From positions 70,928,001-70,992,000 of the forward strand of contig NC_059430.1 of the NCBI RefSeq assembly GCF_021028975.2: a DNA stretch of 64,000 bases, given 5' to 3'. Each line of letters starts with the position of its first letter. Positions within the stretch are counted from its first letter, which is position 1. The notes beneath the pieces are model-generated. The model saw nothing but the letters and a program-made list of their open reading frames with translations. It searched no databases and was not told where the DNA came from. This document shows positions 1-11,832 of the stretch, in pieces. This DNA comes from Sphaerodactylus townsendi (lineage: Eukaryota). Position numbers and translations under genes: made by a program.

Positions 1-619
1 TGATGTTTTAGCAGAGTGTGTATGTGTGTGTGCATACACACTGCCCAATACTGTTTGTGTATACATACATACATAGAGAGAGAAAGCAGAAAGATTTCTG
101 AAATGGTTAAAAGGTTTAAGTGACATTTACACAGTGTAGTCCCTACTATTTGCAATTCATCTGTAATCCTGTTAAAGGAGTAATAGCAGTTGACTCAGGC
201 TGTGGATGCTTCAGGTAATAGGAGCAAGGATCAGCCATTCATAGTGTGCTATTCTAAGTCTGGCTGGGGTCTTTCAGACTCTAAGCCAAATGTTAAACAC
301 ACTCTAAATGAATGACAAAATTCTCATTGACTCTTCTGGCTGTCCTTGTTAACAGTGAAGAGCCTTTGCTAGTGTGAATGCCTGATGCTTTTATGTCATC
401 CAAATATTACTTTACAGCTCACATGTGTTTCTCAGCATATTTTCTTAGCAGTAGCACCACTGTATACTTATGGGGTACTGGCCCTGGCAGCCTGAGCCCT
501 GTCCTCTGTCACACACATTGTGGTGCAAGCTGAGGAAATCAGATGGATAACTCTGTGCTGCTCACTTCTAACAATATATATGAATCCTGCCAAGCAGGCA
601 CAGCATCACAAAACATTAA

Positions 620-1091
620 GGCCGTTTCCGCATGGGCATTTAATGGCGGCCTGGAGACCGCCGCCCGACCGCCGCAAAGCCGGCGTTTCCCCAGAGCGCT
701 CGGAAGAGCTCTTGTTGGGGAAAAGCCGCCTCGAAGCCGCTGCCGAGCGAATGGCAGCGGCTTCGAGACGCCTCCCCCACCTGGCATTTATCTTTGTCCT
801 CGGGTCTCCGGCTGCCGGTGTCCGAGCCTGGGATCGACGCCTCTCAGGCCCTGCGCCGCTGGAGCAGGCGCCAACTGCCGAGTCAGCGTGGTCCCAGGCT
901 CTCGGGCGACGCCCAGCCAGAGTGACCGGGGACATGCCTGAAGTCGGGCCGGGTGCCGGCGGCGTCACATGCCGCCGGGCTGCCCGGCTCTTTCCAGGAC
1001 TACCGGCCCATGACGTCCCAGCGTTGCCGTTGGTCGGGCGGCCGGAAACGCCGCACCCGGGCGCCTTCCAGACATTCGTGTGGAAACGGCC
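620..1091. mobile_element. PIF/Harbinger-type MITE, GC-rich family (copy 1)
   Basis: TIRs GGCCGTTTCC...GGAAACGGCC, flanks TAA/TTA, internal homology to the copies at 4238 and 58871. Confidence 0.8.
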
Positions 1092-1844
1092 TTAGTAAAT
1101 GGGGATGGAGTGCAGGCAGATGGGTCAGTTCAAACATTAAGAAGATTTGGATTCTCTCAGTGTTGGGCTCACAATGCAGCCTACAGATCTTATGTACTGG
1201 CATTCACATAACACAGATCTTATGTACCGGTATTCACATGACATAAGAAGACTGAAAGAACATTTGCTTAGTGCAAGAGTCCTGTTTTTGAAGCTACACA
1301 GGTAATGGAACTGGGATCATACATGATTTATGGTACATATACTGTGCCCTCAGTTCCAGCCAGTACAAAAAAAATGTGCCTGGGAAATTTAATGTAACCC
1401 AATGAGAATGTGAATTCAGATTTGCCGAAAAGAAAAAAATTGCACCCTTTGACAATAGAAAAAAAATCAGTTTTTTCCTGGTTTGGGGGATTTTTCATAG
1501 GTTTCAGTAGGACCTTTTAAACCTCCCTACTCCATTATAGTATCTGGGAAATCTTTTGGAGGCTCTGGGAGGGTTGTTTTTTAAGGTAGAGATACCAAAT
1601 TTGCAGCATAGCTTCTGGTGACTTTCCTTACAAGAACCCCTGAGTTTGGTAAACATTAAAGGTCCCCAACAGAGAAAAAATGGGGGTCAATAAAATTGGA
1701 CCCTCTGGCACCCAATGTTTACCAAGCTTGCAGGTTCTTGTAAGGAGAATCATCAGCTATGCTGCAAATTTGATGCCTCTACCCTAACAAACAGATCCCC
1801 TGACCACCAGAAAGATTCTCCATATGCTTCAATTGAGGCATTTA

Positions 1845-2160
1845 CTGTATATACTTGCGTATAAGCCGAGTTTTTCCAGCCCTGTTTAAAGGCTGAGAAA
1901 AGCCCCCTCGGCTTATACCCGAGTCACCATTTTCTATCCATCACTAGGAGGCTGGGGGCGGGGCTGGGACAACCTCCCTGCTGCCTGGAAGCTGCTTGTT
2001 GCTGCCCTCCTCAGAGGGTGAAGGGGGAACCCCGAGGCACCCTGGCTGGATGGGCTTGGTCAAACCCTGGGAGGCAGAGGGAGCTCCTTATTTGGGCAGT
2101 GACATCAGGGGGAGTCACTGCCCAAATAAGGAGCTCCCTCTGCCTGCCAGCTGGCTGGGC
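1845..2160. mobile_element. TcMar (Tc2/pogo-like) non-autonomous element fragment with internal palindrome
   Basis: Terminus TACTGTATATACTTGCGTATAAGCCGAG with internal inverted copy CTCGGCTTATAC. Related sequence at 26608. Right boundary uncertain. Confidence 0.5.
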
Positions 2161-2544
2161 TTTGTCTGATTAAAATACCAAAGCAGCCTCAAAAATTCCT
2201 CAGCAAATACCCTGTACAGCAATAAAAGGAAGAGATTAACCACCAAATGGCAACATAAAACATTTAAAAAATGTCCTCTGGATCATGTTGCAGTGGTGAC
2301 CATAAGAGTAATCAGGGAATACACACCAACACATGCTCCTAGGTATCCTTTCTTGTGGTTTATGGGGGATTCCAGATAGGTGAACATGGACAGGTCATCT
2401 TACGTCTAAGATAACCAACTATGGCAAAAAATATTTTTAAAGACTGTGGAATGGGAATGAACATTATTTTACCTTTCATGATTGCATCTGCAAAATGGCC
2501 TATTGAATCTGGGTTGTCTCTATCAAGAGACTGCAGCAGTACTA

Positions 2545-3120
2545 TGTGAAGAACTGCAATCTGTTTTTGCAGACAAAAATGATTTGAGTAGTTGTCTCAG
2601 CTTGACAATCAAAGATAGAATTGCTAGGCACATAGAGGAACAAAACCTGCTGAGATAAAATCAGCATGGCTTCTGCAAAAGGAAGTCCTGTCTTACAAAC
2701 CTTTTGGAGTTCTTTGAGAAAATGAACACGCATTTAGATACTGGCGACATGGTAGACGTTATATACTTGGACTTTCAAAAATCTTTTGACAAACTACCTC
2801 ACCAAAGACTCCTGAGTAAACATAGCAGTCAAAGGATAAGAGGATGGATTCTCTTGTGGATTAAAAATTGGTTATATGACAGGCAGCTAAGGGTAGGAAT
2901 AAATAAACAGTTCTCACAATGGAGGTAAGTAAGCAGAATCAGTATGAGCCAGTACTATTTAACTTATTCATAAATGATCTGGGACTGGAGATGAGTAGCA
3001 TAATAGCCAAGTTTGTAGATGATACAAAATTATTCAGGATGATAAAAACCAAGGATAACTGTGAAGAGGTCCAGGAGGATCTCCACAATGGGGTGAGTGG
3101 GAACACTGTGGCAATGTTGG
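2545..3120 (+). mobile_element. CR1 LINE reverse-transcriptase fragment (continues at about 4016-4200)
   Basis: Frameshifted peptides VDVIYLDFQKSFDKLPHQRLL and PVLFNLFINDL...AKFVDDTKL, typical of CR1 ORF2. Confidence 0.9.
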
Positions 3121-3425
3121 GGAAAAAATTGCAGCTTCAACTAGAGCCGTGATGGCGAATCTATGCCCCGGGTGCCACACTTGGCACGCGGAGGCCTCTT
3201 GCCGGGCACGCGAGTGCGCGAATCTCCCCCTCTCCCGGGCAGGTCGCCGCTGTCATTCCCCCTCTGCCCAAGGGAGAAGGTGGCTGCCTTCTCCCTTGGG
3301 CAGAGGGGGAGACGGTGGCGGCGACCTGCTCGGGGCTGCCTGCTCTCGCGGCGCGGGAGACGGTGGCGCCGAGCAGCCAACCCCCTCTGCCCAAGGGAGA
3401 AGGTGGCTGACTTCTCCCTCGGAGA

Positions 3426-3713
3426 GTGACAGCTTTCCCATCCACCCCACCCCCATCAAGCTTTCTCTGCCCATGGATCACAGGGTCCATGGGCAGTGAC
3501 AGTTTTCCCATCCACCCCCTCCCATCAAGCTTTCTCTGCCCATGGATCACAGCATCCATGGGCAGTGACAGCTTTCCCATCCACCCCCACCACCACCCCC
3601 ATCAAGCTTTCTCTGCCCATGGATCACAGGGTCCATGGGCAGTGACAGCTTTCCCATCCACTCCCCCCCATCCCCATCAAGCTTTATCTGCCCATGGATC
3701 ACAGGGTCCATGG
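3426..3713. repeat. Minisatellite, about 70-77 bp x4, inside the hAT element
   Basis: Units GTGACAG...CCCATGGATCACAG...CCATGG start at 3426, 3496, 3565 and 3642. Confidence 0.9.
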
Positions 3714-3900
3714 CCTGCATCTGTGGCTGGCATCTTCAGAGGTTTATCACAGAGGGAAGTCACAGAGTGTATCACAGTGTGTAATAGACTTCCCTCTGTG
3801 ATACACCTCTGAAGATGCCAGCCACAGATGCAGGTGAAACATTAGCAGTAAGATCCACCAGACCACGGCCACACAGCCTGTAAAACCTACCAGAACCTGT
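3714..3900. mobile_element. Penelope-like element ends in inverted arrangement, nested in the hAT element
   Basis: CCTGCATCTGTGGCTGGCATCTTCAGAGG ... CCTCTGAAGATGCCAGCCACAGATGCAGG. Same sequence as the Penelope end at 39440-39485. Confidence 0.75.
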
Positions 3901-4237
3901 AAAACCTCAGTATTCAGGTTATATTGCCGTATTGGCACTTTGGGATAAATAAGTGGGTTTTGAGTTGCAGTTTGGGCACTCCGTCTCGAAAAGGTTCGCC
4001 ATCACGGAACTAGAGGCTAAACTTGCTGAGACTGTGAGGGGAAAAATCTTGCTGTTATAGCAGATAGCTCAATGATAGTGTAAATGCAGTGTGCTGAGGA
4101 GGTTAAAAAGGCAAACTCTGTGTTAGGAATTATTAAGAAATTGATATTTCATGATAAACCAATATTTCAATGCCCCTGTATAGAACTATGGTGCAGTCAT
4201 GGAAGACTGAATTTCATTTCTAATCTGCAGTCTCTTA

Positions 4238-4726
4238 GGCCGTTTCCGCACGGCGGCGGAGACGGTGAGGTCGGCGCATTGCGCGCTGACCCGAAGACGC
4301 AGGCAGCCGGCGCCGCGGAGCGCCGGCGCCCGGCCGACCCAAGCTCAGTCCCTTGTCCGGCACGCCGCCGAGGCTCTGGGGACACTTCTGGTTCCTGGGC
4401 GCCGCCTCGCTCCAACAGCTGCAGGGCAGGGGGGGGGTGTGTTCCTGCAGGCCTCAGCGACGCGCCGGGAGGCCCAGGGACAAGGTAAGTGCTGGGTGGG
4501 GGAGGCAGCGTGAAGCCGCTGCCGTTCGCTCGGCAGCGGCTTCACGGCAGCGTATCCCCAGAAAGAGTGCTTCCCAGAGCTCTGGGAATACGCCGGTTTC
4601 AGGCCGGGCGGGCGGCGCGAAGGCGGCGCGGCTGCGCTGCAGCTGCGCCCCCTGTGTGAATGGTGGCCTGGAGACGGCGTTTTTACCGTCTCCAGGTCGT
4701 CATTTTATGCCCGTGCGGAAACGGCC
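4238..4726. mobile_element. PIF/Harbinger-type MITE (copy 2, inverted relative to copy 1)
   Basis: Perfect TIR GGCCGTTTCCGCACGG / CCGTGCGGAAACGGCC and 3-bp TSD TTA/TTA. Confidence 0.88.
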
Positions 4727-5574
4727 TTAGACACTGGAAAAGTTGAATTTTTTTGAGAAGTATTTTGTTTAAGCTTTCCTGCATGATACTGGTATGAAGT
4801 TTCAGCATATAGCTGCACTATTAAAATGTTCAGATATCCTGAGAATTTGAAAATACTGTTCTTTCTTCCTTTGTTTATGCAACTTGGTTCTAGGTTGTTG
4901 ATTCATAGGCACTAATGTGCATGAGTCTGGATTATTCTAGCAATAAACAGCTTCTGCAATTATCAAATGTCTGACCTCTACTTCAGCATTTAATCACCCT
5001 CAGACCCCATAAATTGCCTCATATGTTTCTCCACCATGAACATTATCCCTTAATCAAATGGGATTAATACATTTTAGAGATATTACACATTTGGGTATGA
5101 ATATGAGAATGATGGGAATGTAGCAGTGGCAATACAAATAATTGTCTTAGCTATTTATTTATTTATTTATTTAAAAAGTGTCCTATCTTATCCTGAAAGT
5201 TTAGGGCAACTGACATATTTTTAAAATATAATTAGTAAAAATTATGTCAGAATAACCGCTTTTCCCGATTTCTGGTGGTATGTGAAATATTCTGCTTCTG
5301 TTTTTTAGTTGCTGCTCTTGTTGACTTTTAAAGGTTGTTTTATTTATTCACAGTACAGTTTTAAGTAGGCTTCAGTTGACTTAGAGGGTTAACCGCTTAG
5401 GAATGTACTGTTATTCATTGTATTGTTGACATATTTACAGAAAGAGAGAGAGAGAGAGAGATTTCAAGAGCCCATAGTTTAATAGATGAGAGACAAATAT
5501 TTTGAACAAATGGATAATTTTTATAGATGGATGAATCTGTCTTCCCTTTATTTAGAGAAAAATCAGGAGAAAAA

Positions 5575-7005
5575 TATCTAGCCTCCGCTTACAGCTTGAC
5601 CAGGGTGGATCAGCACTGCTGGTATTATTAGACCTTACTGCAGCATTTGATGAGGTCAACCAAGACCTCTTACGATGGATTGCCTTGTTCCTCTGGTATC
5701 AGCAAGTGTCGTACGGGGATAAGGTCTCCCAATGGCTCCCACTTCATTGAGGTGTGAAACAGGGAGACTTACTTTTCCCATTATTATTTAACATCTATAT
5801 GTGACCCCTTGCTCAGTTGGTGTGGGCTTTTGGGCTGATGTGCCATCAGTATGCTGATGACACCCAGCTCATTCTGTTGGTGGAGGATGGGCCAGCCGCT
5901 GCCCCTGCAGCTCTATAGCACTGTTTGGAGGCAGTCGCTGGTTGGTTGAAACAAAGCAGGTTGAAACTGAATCCATCTAAAATGGAGGTCCTGTGGGTGG
6001 ATCACAAGGGGGGCGTGGATTTCTAGCTGCCATCACTTCAGTGAGTTACATTAATACCAGCCTCCTCAGACCGGAGCTTGGGGGGTTTCCTGGATTCGTC
6101 TTTATCTATGGAGGCCCAGGTGGCCCACACAACTCAGTTAGCTTTTTTTCATCTTTGCTAAGTGAGGCAGCTGGCCCCCTACCTCTTTCAGGCTGACCTG
6201 GCCACAGTGTTCCACGCTACAGTCTCCTCCAGGTTAGACTATCGTAACTCACTCTACATGGGCTTTCCCTTACGGTTGCTCCGGAAATTGAAACTGGTCC
6301 ATTACGCAGCGGCATGGTTACTCATGGGGGATTCCATTAGAGATCATCCCCCCCCCCATGTTACACTGACTGCTCTGGCTCCCAGTGGAATACAAGATCA
6401 CCTTCAAGGTGTTGGTATTGACCTTTAAGGGCATTCACAATCTGGGACCCTCATACCTCCAGGACTGTTTCTCCCCTTATATCCCCATTCGGCCTCTGCA
6501 TTCTGCAGAGGCGAATATTCTGGTGGTTCCTGGCCTCTGTATGATCAACTGGGGCCAGAGTTTTTACCACCTTGGCCCCTTCCTGGTGGAATGTTCTGCC
6601 TCCAGCTATTCGGGTCCTGCAGGACTTGGAACAGTTCCGCAGGGTCTGCAAAACAGAGTTGTTCCGCTGGGCTTTTGGGGAGGCTAGCTTCTGAGGTGCT
6701 ATTCCATGTGTGCTCTGATATCTGTATATTCTACAGGCATGCTGTATGTTTTACCATCTGATTATTGCCATCATGGCCCAATCCCCTCTCAGGAATGAAT
6801 GGAAGAGGCTGTATTGGTCATTGGTCGCCATCTGTTGTTCTTTTTAATGTTTAAATGGCTATATTGATTGTTATGTTTTAGCCTCCATATTGGTATTTAT
6901 TGGAGTTTCATAGTGTTCTATGGTAATTTATTTTGTACAACGTCCAGAGTCCTTCGGGGGTGGGCGGTATTTCAAGCCAAATAAATAAATAAGTAAAAAA
7001 ATAAA
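5575..7005 (+). mobile_element. L2-clade LINE, 5'-truncated
   Basis: Degenerate RT (LVLLDLTAAFD, LLFNIYM, HQYADDTQL), C-terminal SRLDYRNSLYMG and ITFKVLVLTFK, then an (AAAT)n tail. Confidence 0.88.
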
Positions 7006-7124
7006 CTGTTAGGATTGATAGGCACCCAATGAAGTTGATTATCAAACAAAAGGAAGTACACTCAGAAAATGATGGATTTGTGGAATTCACTGCCACAGAA
7101 TATAGTGGTGACTTCTAGTTTGGT

Positions 7125-7320
7125 GGTAGAAATTACCAACAAATTGTAACCCATGCATTGTAACTCCATAGGCAACTGACAAACAGAGGTGGTTTGCCAT
7201 TGACTGTCTCTATGTAGCAACCCTAGAATTCCTTGGTGGTCTTCCATCCAAATATTAAGCAGAACAGACCCTGCTTAATTACCAAGATCTGATGAGATTG
7301 GGCTAGCCTGGGCCATCCAA
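7125..7320 (-). mobile_element. 5S rRNA-derived SINE
   Basis: GGTCTTCCATCCAAATATTAA...CCCTGCTTA...AGATCTGATGAGATTGGGC is a decayed reverse complement of 5S rRNA. Related copies at about 22110-22270, 29397-29450, 50650-51180 and 63516-63650. Confidence 0.7.
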
Positions 7321-10300
7321 TTTAGTTGGTTTATTAAGTACATGTCCAAAAGCAAGCCTCTGTGTTCAGAGCAATAACCTAATGAACTTGTTGTGATCCA
7401 ACATGGCTGCTCTTATTATCTTATGGCACCTCAGATGAAATGATTATGTCTTATGTTAATGAGATGCTCAGAGTAATGTGCTTAGACCTTTCTAGTAGTT
7501 TTTATAGCTGAATTACAGGTATATGTGGCCCTAATTTTGATTGGGAGGCAATTTAACCCTTCTACACAAGACGTTTTCCTGTATTGTAATGCTTATCCAC
7601 ATACTTTTGTTACCCATGGAAGGCGTAAACACAAGCAACCTTTATTATTTTTCCTGCAAGAGTTAGTGGTTTTGAATGAAGAAAAGCAAGCAGAGATGAG
7701 AGGATTAAATCTACCCTGTCCTTCTGTGCAGCTCTGATTTGGGGGTCACTACAACTTTGAAGTGCTGGTAAAGTCCAGTCATGGATTTCCAAGCATCTCT
7801 TCTAATTCTGCCATCACTGTCAGAGAAGCCAGTTTCCAGATGAGAATTGAACTCAGGAAACTGCCTGCAGTCACCTCAGATGGAATGGTTGTTAAACAAA
7901 TAATTTTATGATATCCCAGGTTGGTGTAGTCTTCAAGGCAACTGTGTGTAAAGTATCATCCAGTTGCAGCTGTCTTATGGTGACCCCAAAGAGTGTTTAA
8001 GGCAGAAGACAAATAGAGATGGTTTGTCAAGGCAATTACCCTTATTGATATAAAAGCATACCAACAGTACAGTATGCAAATGTTGTAGCCAGAAGATTGA
8101 TTGAAATGGTATGTGTTTATGTGCATGATTTTTCTTAAGTGTGGAAGTTTATTCAGGTTTTGTGCCCTGAAATATATGTAGGCTTTCACAACAAACATGA
8201 TACAATTTTCATCCTCTGATTATTTTAACTCCAATCAAAGTGGTTTTGTGTATACTTAAAACCTAGACCTAACTATGAGATAAAAATGGTAGATTATGTT
8301 CAAAATTCTTCCAGGTTAGGATTATGCTGAAAAGTTGCAGTCATATTATTGAATGCTAATTTTATTCTGGTTTGTTGGTCATGAATATGAGCATGGGGTC
8401 CAGTTGTGATTACATTCTAATTTGCTTCATGATTATTAAGTAATTTCAGCATTCAGTATTTTAAGTGCACTTGTTCTTCAACAAACTATGAGGGGGGAAA
8501 GCTACTAGTGTCAAGTTGTAGATTATAATTTTTAAAAGTTGTCGAAACAGAATGTGAATATAACTTTACATATCTTTCCTTTGCCAGTTGGATAACCTCA
8601 AATATTATGTTAAGTAAAATTATACTTTAAAATTACAACTTTTAGAGCATTTAAACTAATATCTTAAAATCGTAGAAATAAAATATTTTGGAAGTAGACA
8701 AGAAGAGAAAGGAGAGAATTTGTACAATGTAATAACTCTATCCACTAAACTATAATGGTAACAATTTCTTTTATAAAGTGAGAATGCTAAAAGTTCAATG
8801 ATTTCTTCTTAACTAATATGGTTACATAGTGATGCCAACAAAATGATGGTTCTGCAGGGTAGGATTACCTCTAGTTACCGTATTATAATCTTTTAATGCT
8901 GTAGACAGTGAACCATATTTACTTACAGGTTTATAAACGTTTGATTCTGGGGGATTTTGGCACGTTGCCATTAATTACACAAATTCCTTTTAGAATGCAC
9001 TTCATCTAGAATGCCTCTGAAGTGATATCAAGATTATTAAATGTTTCAGATGAAATACTTTTCACTATTCACAAATCACAATTCTGCATTTATTCTTAGC
9101 TTGTTTTAGAGCTCAGAGTGGCTTTAGACATGATAGTGTCATGGAAGAGAAAATGTCCAGACGAACATTTAATTCTGGATGTGATAATATTGCAGAGGAA
9201 TTATAACTGTGCAGTTAACACTAGAGCTCCTGCGCAAAATAAAAAGGGGGAGGGTTGTTCTTCCGTGCCATGGATGACATATCACCATCATCAGGAATAA
9301 TACATTTTCAGCAGTATTGTAAGGAATATATGCAACTGAAGAGACAAGGGGGGGGAACCATAAAGATGGGGGGAAAGAAAGTGTGAAGAACGATTTCACA
9401 GAAAATGTTTCCAAGACACAAGGTCTGACCATTGGGAAAATCTGTGGTAAGCTGTATATGTGGAAAAGTTCGTACCATAGCTGAAAAAGTCTGAAACCTG
9501 GAGGATGGCTGTCTGCATTATAGTATCCACTAACTTTTTAAAAGGTGAGACAAGTGAGGATAAAAAAATATAAACCGCCTTGTGTTAGCTCCTATATGCT
9601 TCAGGGTATGGGACTGGATTATTTCTTTCTCTATGTTGTTCTCCCACCCATACACCTTGCCCTCACCTGTAACACTACCACTATACCCAGAGTTATGATG
9701 TCCCAGTGGGGACAAAACCAACTTACATAGTTTTCCTTGCCTCATTTTATCCTCATAATAACCCTGTGAGGTAGGCTAGGCTGCCTACCCTTTACTCACA
9801 GACAGTAGTGTGATCACAGGGCTTATCCAATGCCACAGAAGTAGCATCCATGACAAGAGCCATAAATTATGACAACAACGGACCACACCATTAGAATAGA
9901 ATTCCTAAACTAAGAATTTTGGCTTCTTCCAGCTATAACAGGACAGGTAAAATTAATTTCTGTATCTTCCATAGTGTCCCTGATTCTTCCCTTGCTCTAC
10001 TGATGATGTTCTTTGAGATCCAGAGCTATCATTCCTATTTTCTCCCAAAGACAGGAGAAAACATGCAACCAGATTGTTCACCTGAACCAACAGCACATGA
10101 TGTAAGCAAGGGATGGTGGCCATCGCTGACTTCACAGGAAATACTATATAGCTAGTCCAAAAGTCTGAGCATCAGTACCTCAGATAGATTGATTCTGCAA
10201 CCCAATTCTGTTCTCAGAACTTCTGAAATACCTCCAACTAAATTCTCAAGTTAATGTTATTTTGGAATCCATCTTTGGAAATCGTTTTCTTCAAATGTTA

Positions 10301-11553
10301 TGTACTATCAAAGAATATGTGAATGAGGCAGACAATGCTTAAAAATACTTCACAAAGAAAATAATGGCCCATTGAATACTCAAAATGAGTGGCCTATTTT
10401 TTTGTAGAAGTATAAGGTGAGCAACTTCAGTGTGTATGTATAATAACCACCTTTTTTTTTAAAGAAAAAAGATTTTACTAAGGGTTCAATATTATGGACT
10501 CATAATATGCAAACACATTCTGCTTTTAATACACATTCACAGCATACATGTTAATAGTTCCAAAGGAGCTGTCACAAGATATGCTTTGAATATGTATTAG
10601 GAATTGTACACAATATGTAACTAAAACCAATCTGTATTATGAATCCATAATGCAGAATGTGTAATACACTAATAACGTAAAAAGAACTATCATGGTGTAT
10701 GTTATGAATATCTATTAAAAACTACATGTACAAAAACCTTGACTAAATTGTATAGGCCCCTCTAACTGATCTCCTAACTAATGTAACAAAATAATATTGT
10801 ACATTCATATTAGAGAGATATTTTAGAGAGACATTTTTACATTTTAGGAAGAGCTAGATACTCTCTTGTATTGTCATATTTGTAAAGGTCTGTGTCTGGC
10901 TCTTTTTATTGATAAACTATTAGTTTGATGCTGTTGAGTGAATGCAGTGTCATTTTATCAGTGCTTACAACTTACAAATACATGGAAAAAATGGATTTCA
11001 ACTGGCCTGACACTGGCCTGAAATGCTATCCTCATACCAAAATGAAAGAAATATCATAATCTGGAAAAATCTCATTTTCTCCCTTCCCTGTAACATTTTA
11101 CCTATTATATGTACAAATAACATCTAAAATTACTATAATTGAAGTAAACTTATGTGATAAAATGGTTTCCATTCAGTTTGTTTACTCTGTGCATCTGATA
11201 CCATTTTTGTACTGTTGATATGACTGTTTGCTGTTGGTGATTGGTACTTTCTCATATACTTCCTCCTACACTAGCAATTTCATGCTGTTGTCATTCAATC
11301 TATTTTGCTGGAAATCTGCTTATAAACAAAGGTTATCCAGAAAGTCACTGAATATGTTTCTAAATAATTTTTTAAAAACTAGTATGTAATATTTGATGGA
11401 GTTGTTTAGATGGCTTCAACATTAGAATTCATATTATAATTTTCTTTGAGATTTGTACCATGCCTTGTAGAGTTTGGTTCCAAGAAGATACTGTGGTACA
11501 GCATAATTTGTTTATCATCACTGCATTTTCAAATACATTGGTGATAGCATAAT

Positions 11554-11832
11554 GAAGAAGAGTTTGGATTTATACTCCACCTTCCTTTCCTGTAAGGGGT
11601 CTCAAAGCAGTTTACAAACTCCTTTCCTTCCTCTTCCCACAACTGACTCCTTGTGAGATAGGTGGGGCTGAGAGAGTTCTGAAAGAACTGTGACTAGGTC
11701 AAGGTCACCCAGCTGGCTTCATGTGTAAGAGTGGGGAAGCAAATCCAGTTCAGCGCTCTTGTGGAGGGGTGGGGGAATCAAACCCAGTTCTCCAGATTAG
11801 AATCTCCTGCTCTTAATCTCTACATCATGTGG
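11554..11832 (-). mobile_element. Squam3-like tRNA-derived SINE
   Basis: GAAGAAGAGTTTGGATTTATA...GTGAGATAGGTGGGGCTGAGAGAG...AAGGTCACCCAGCTGG. Homologous to the copy at 28762. Confidence 0.7.

Larger units (their letters stand above)
3147..4007. mobile_element. hAT (Charlie-like) non-autonomous transposon inserted in CR1
   Basis: TIR CCGTGATGGCGAA / TTCGCCATCACGG and perfect 8-bp TSD AACTAGAG (3139-3146, 4008-4015). Confidence 0.92.

Noticed and set aside
520-1246. Overlapping long ORFs up to 191 aa (also at 4084-4730, 58637-59480, 3141-3812 and 49430-50010)
   Set aside because: They lie in GC-rich MITEs or minisatellites that are poor in stop codons, are open in several frames, and resemble no protein I know.
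3426-3713. Regularly spaced repeats that might suggest a CRISPR array
   Set aside because: Contiguous units without unique spacers, eukaryotic context and no cas genes. It is a minisatellite.
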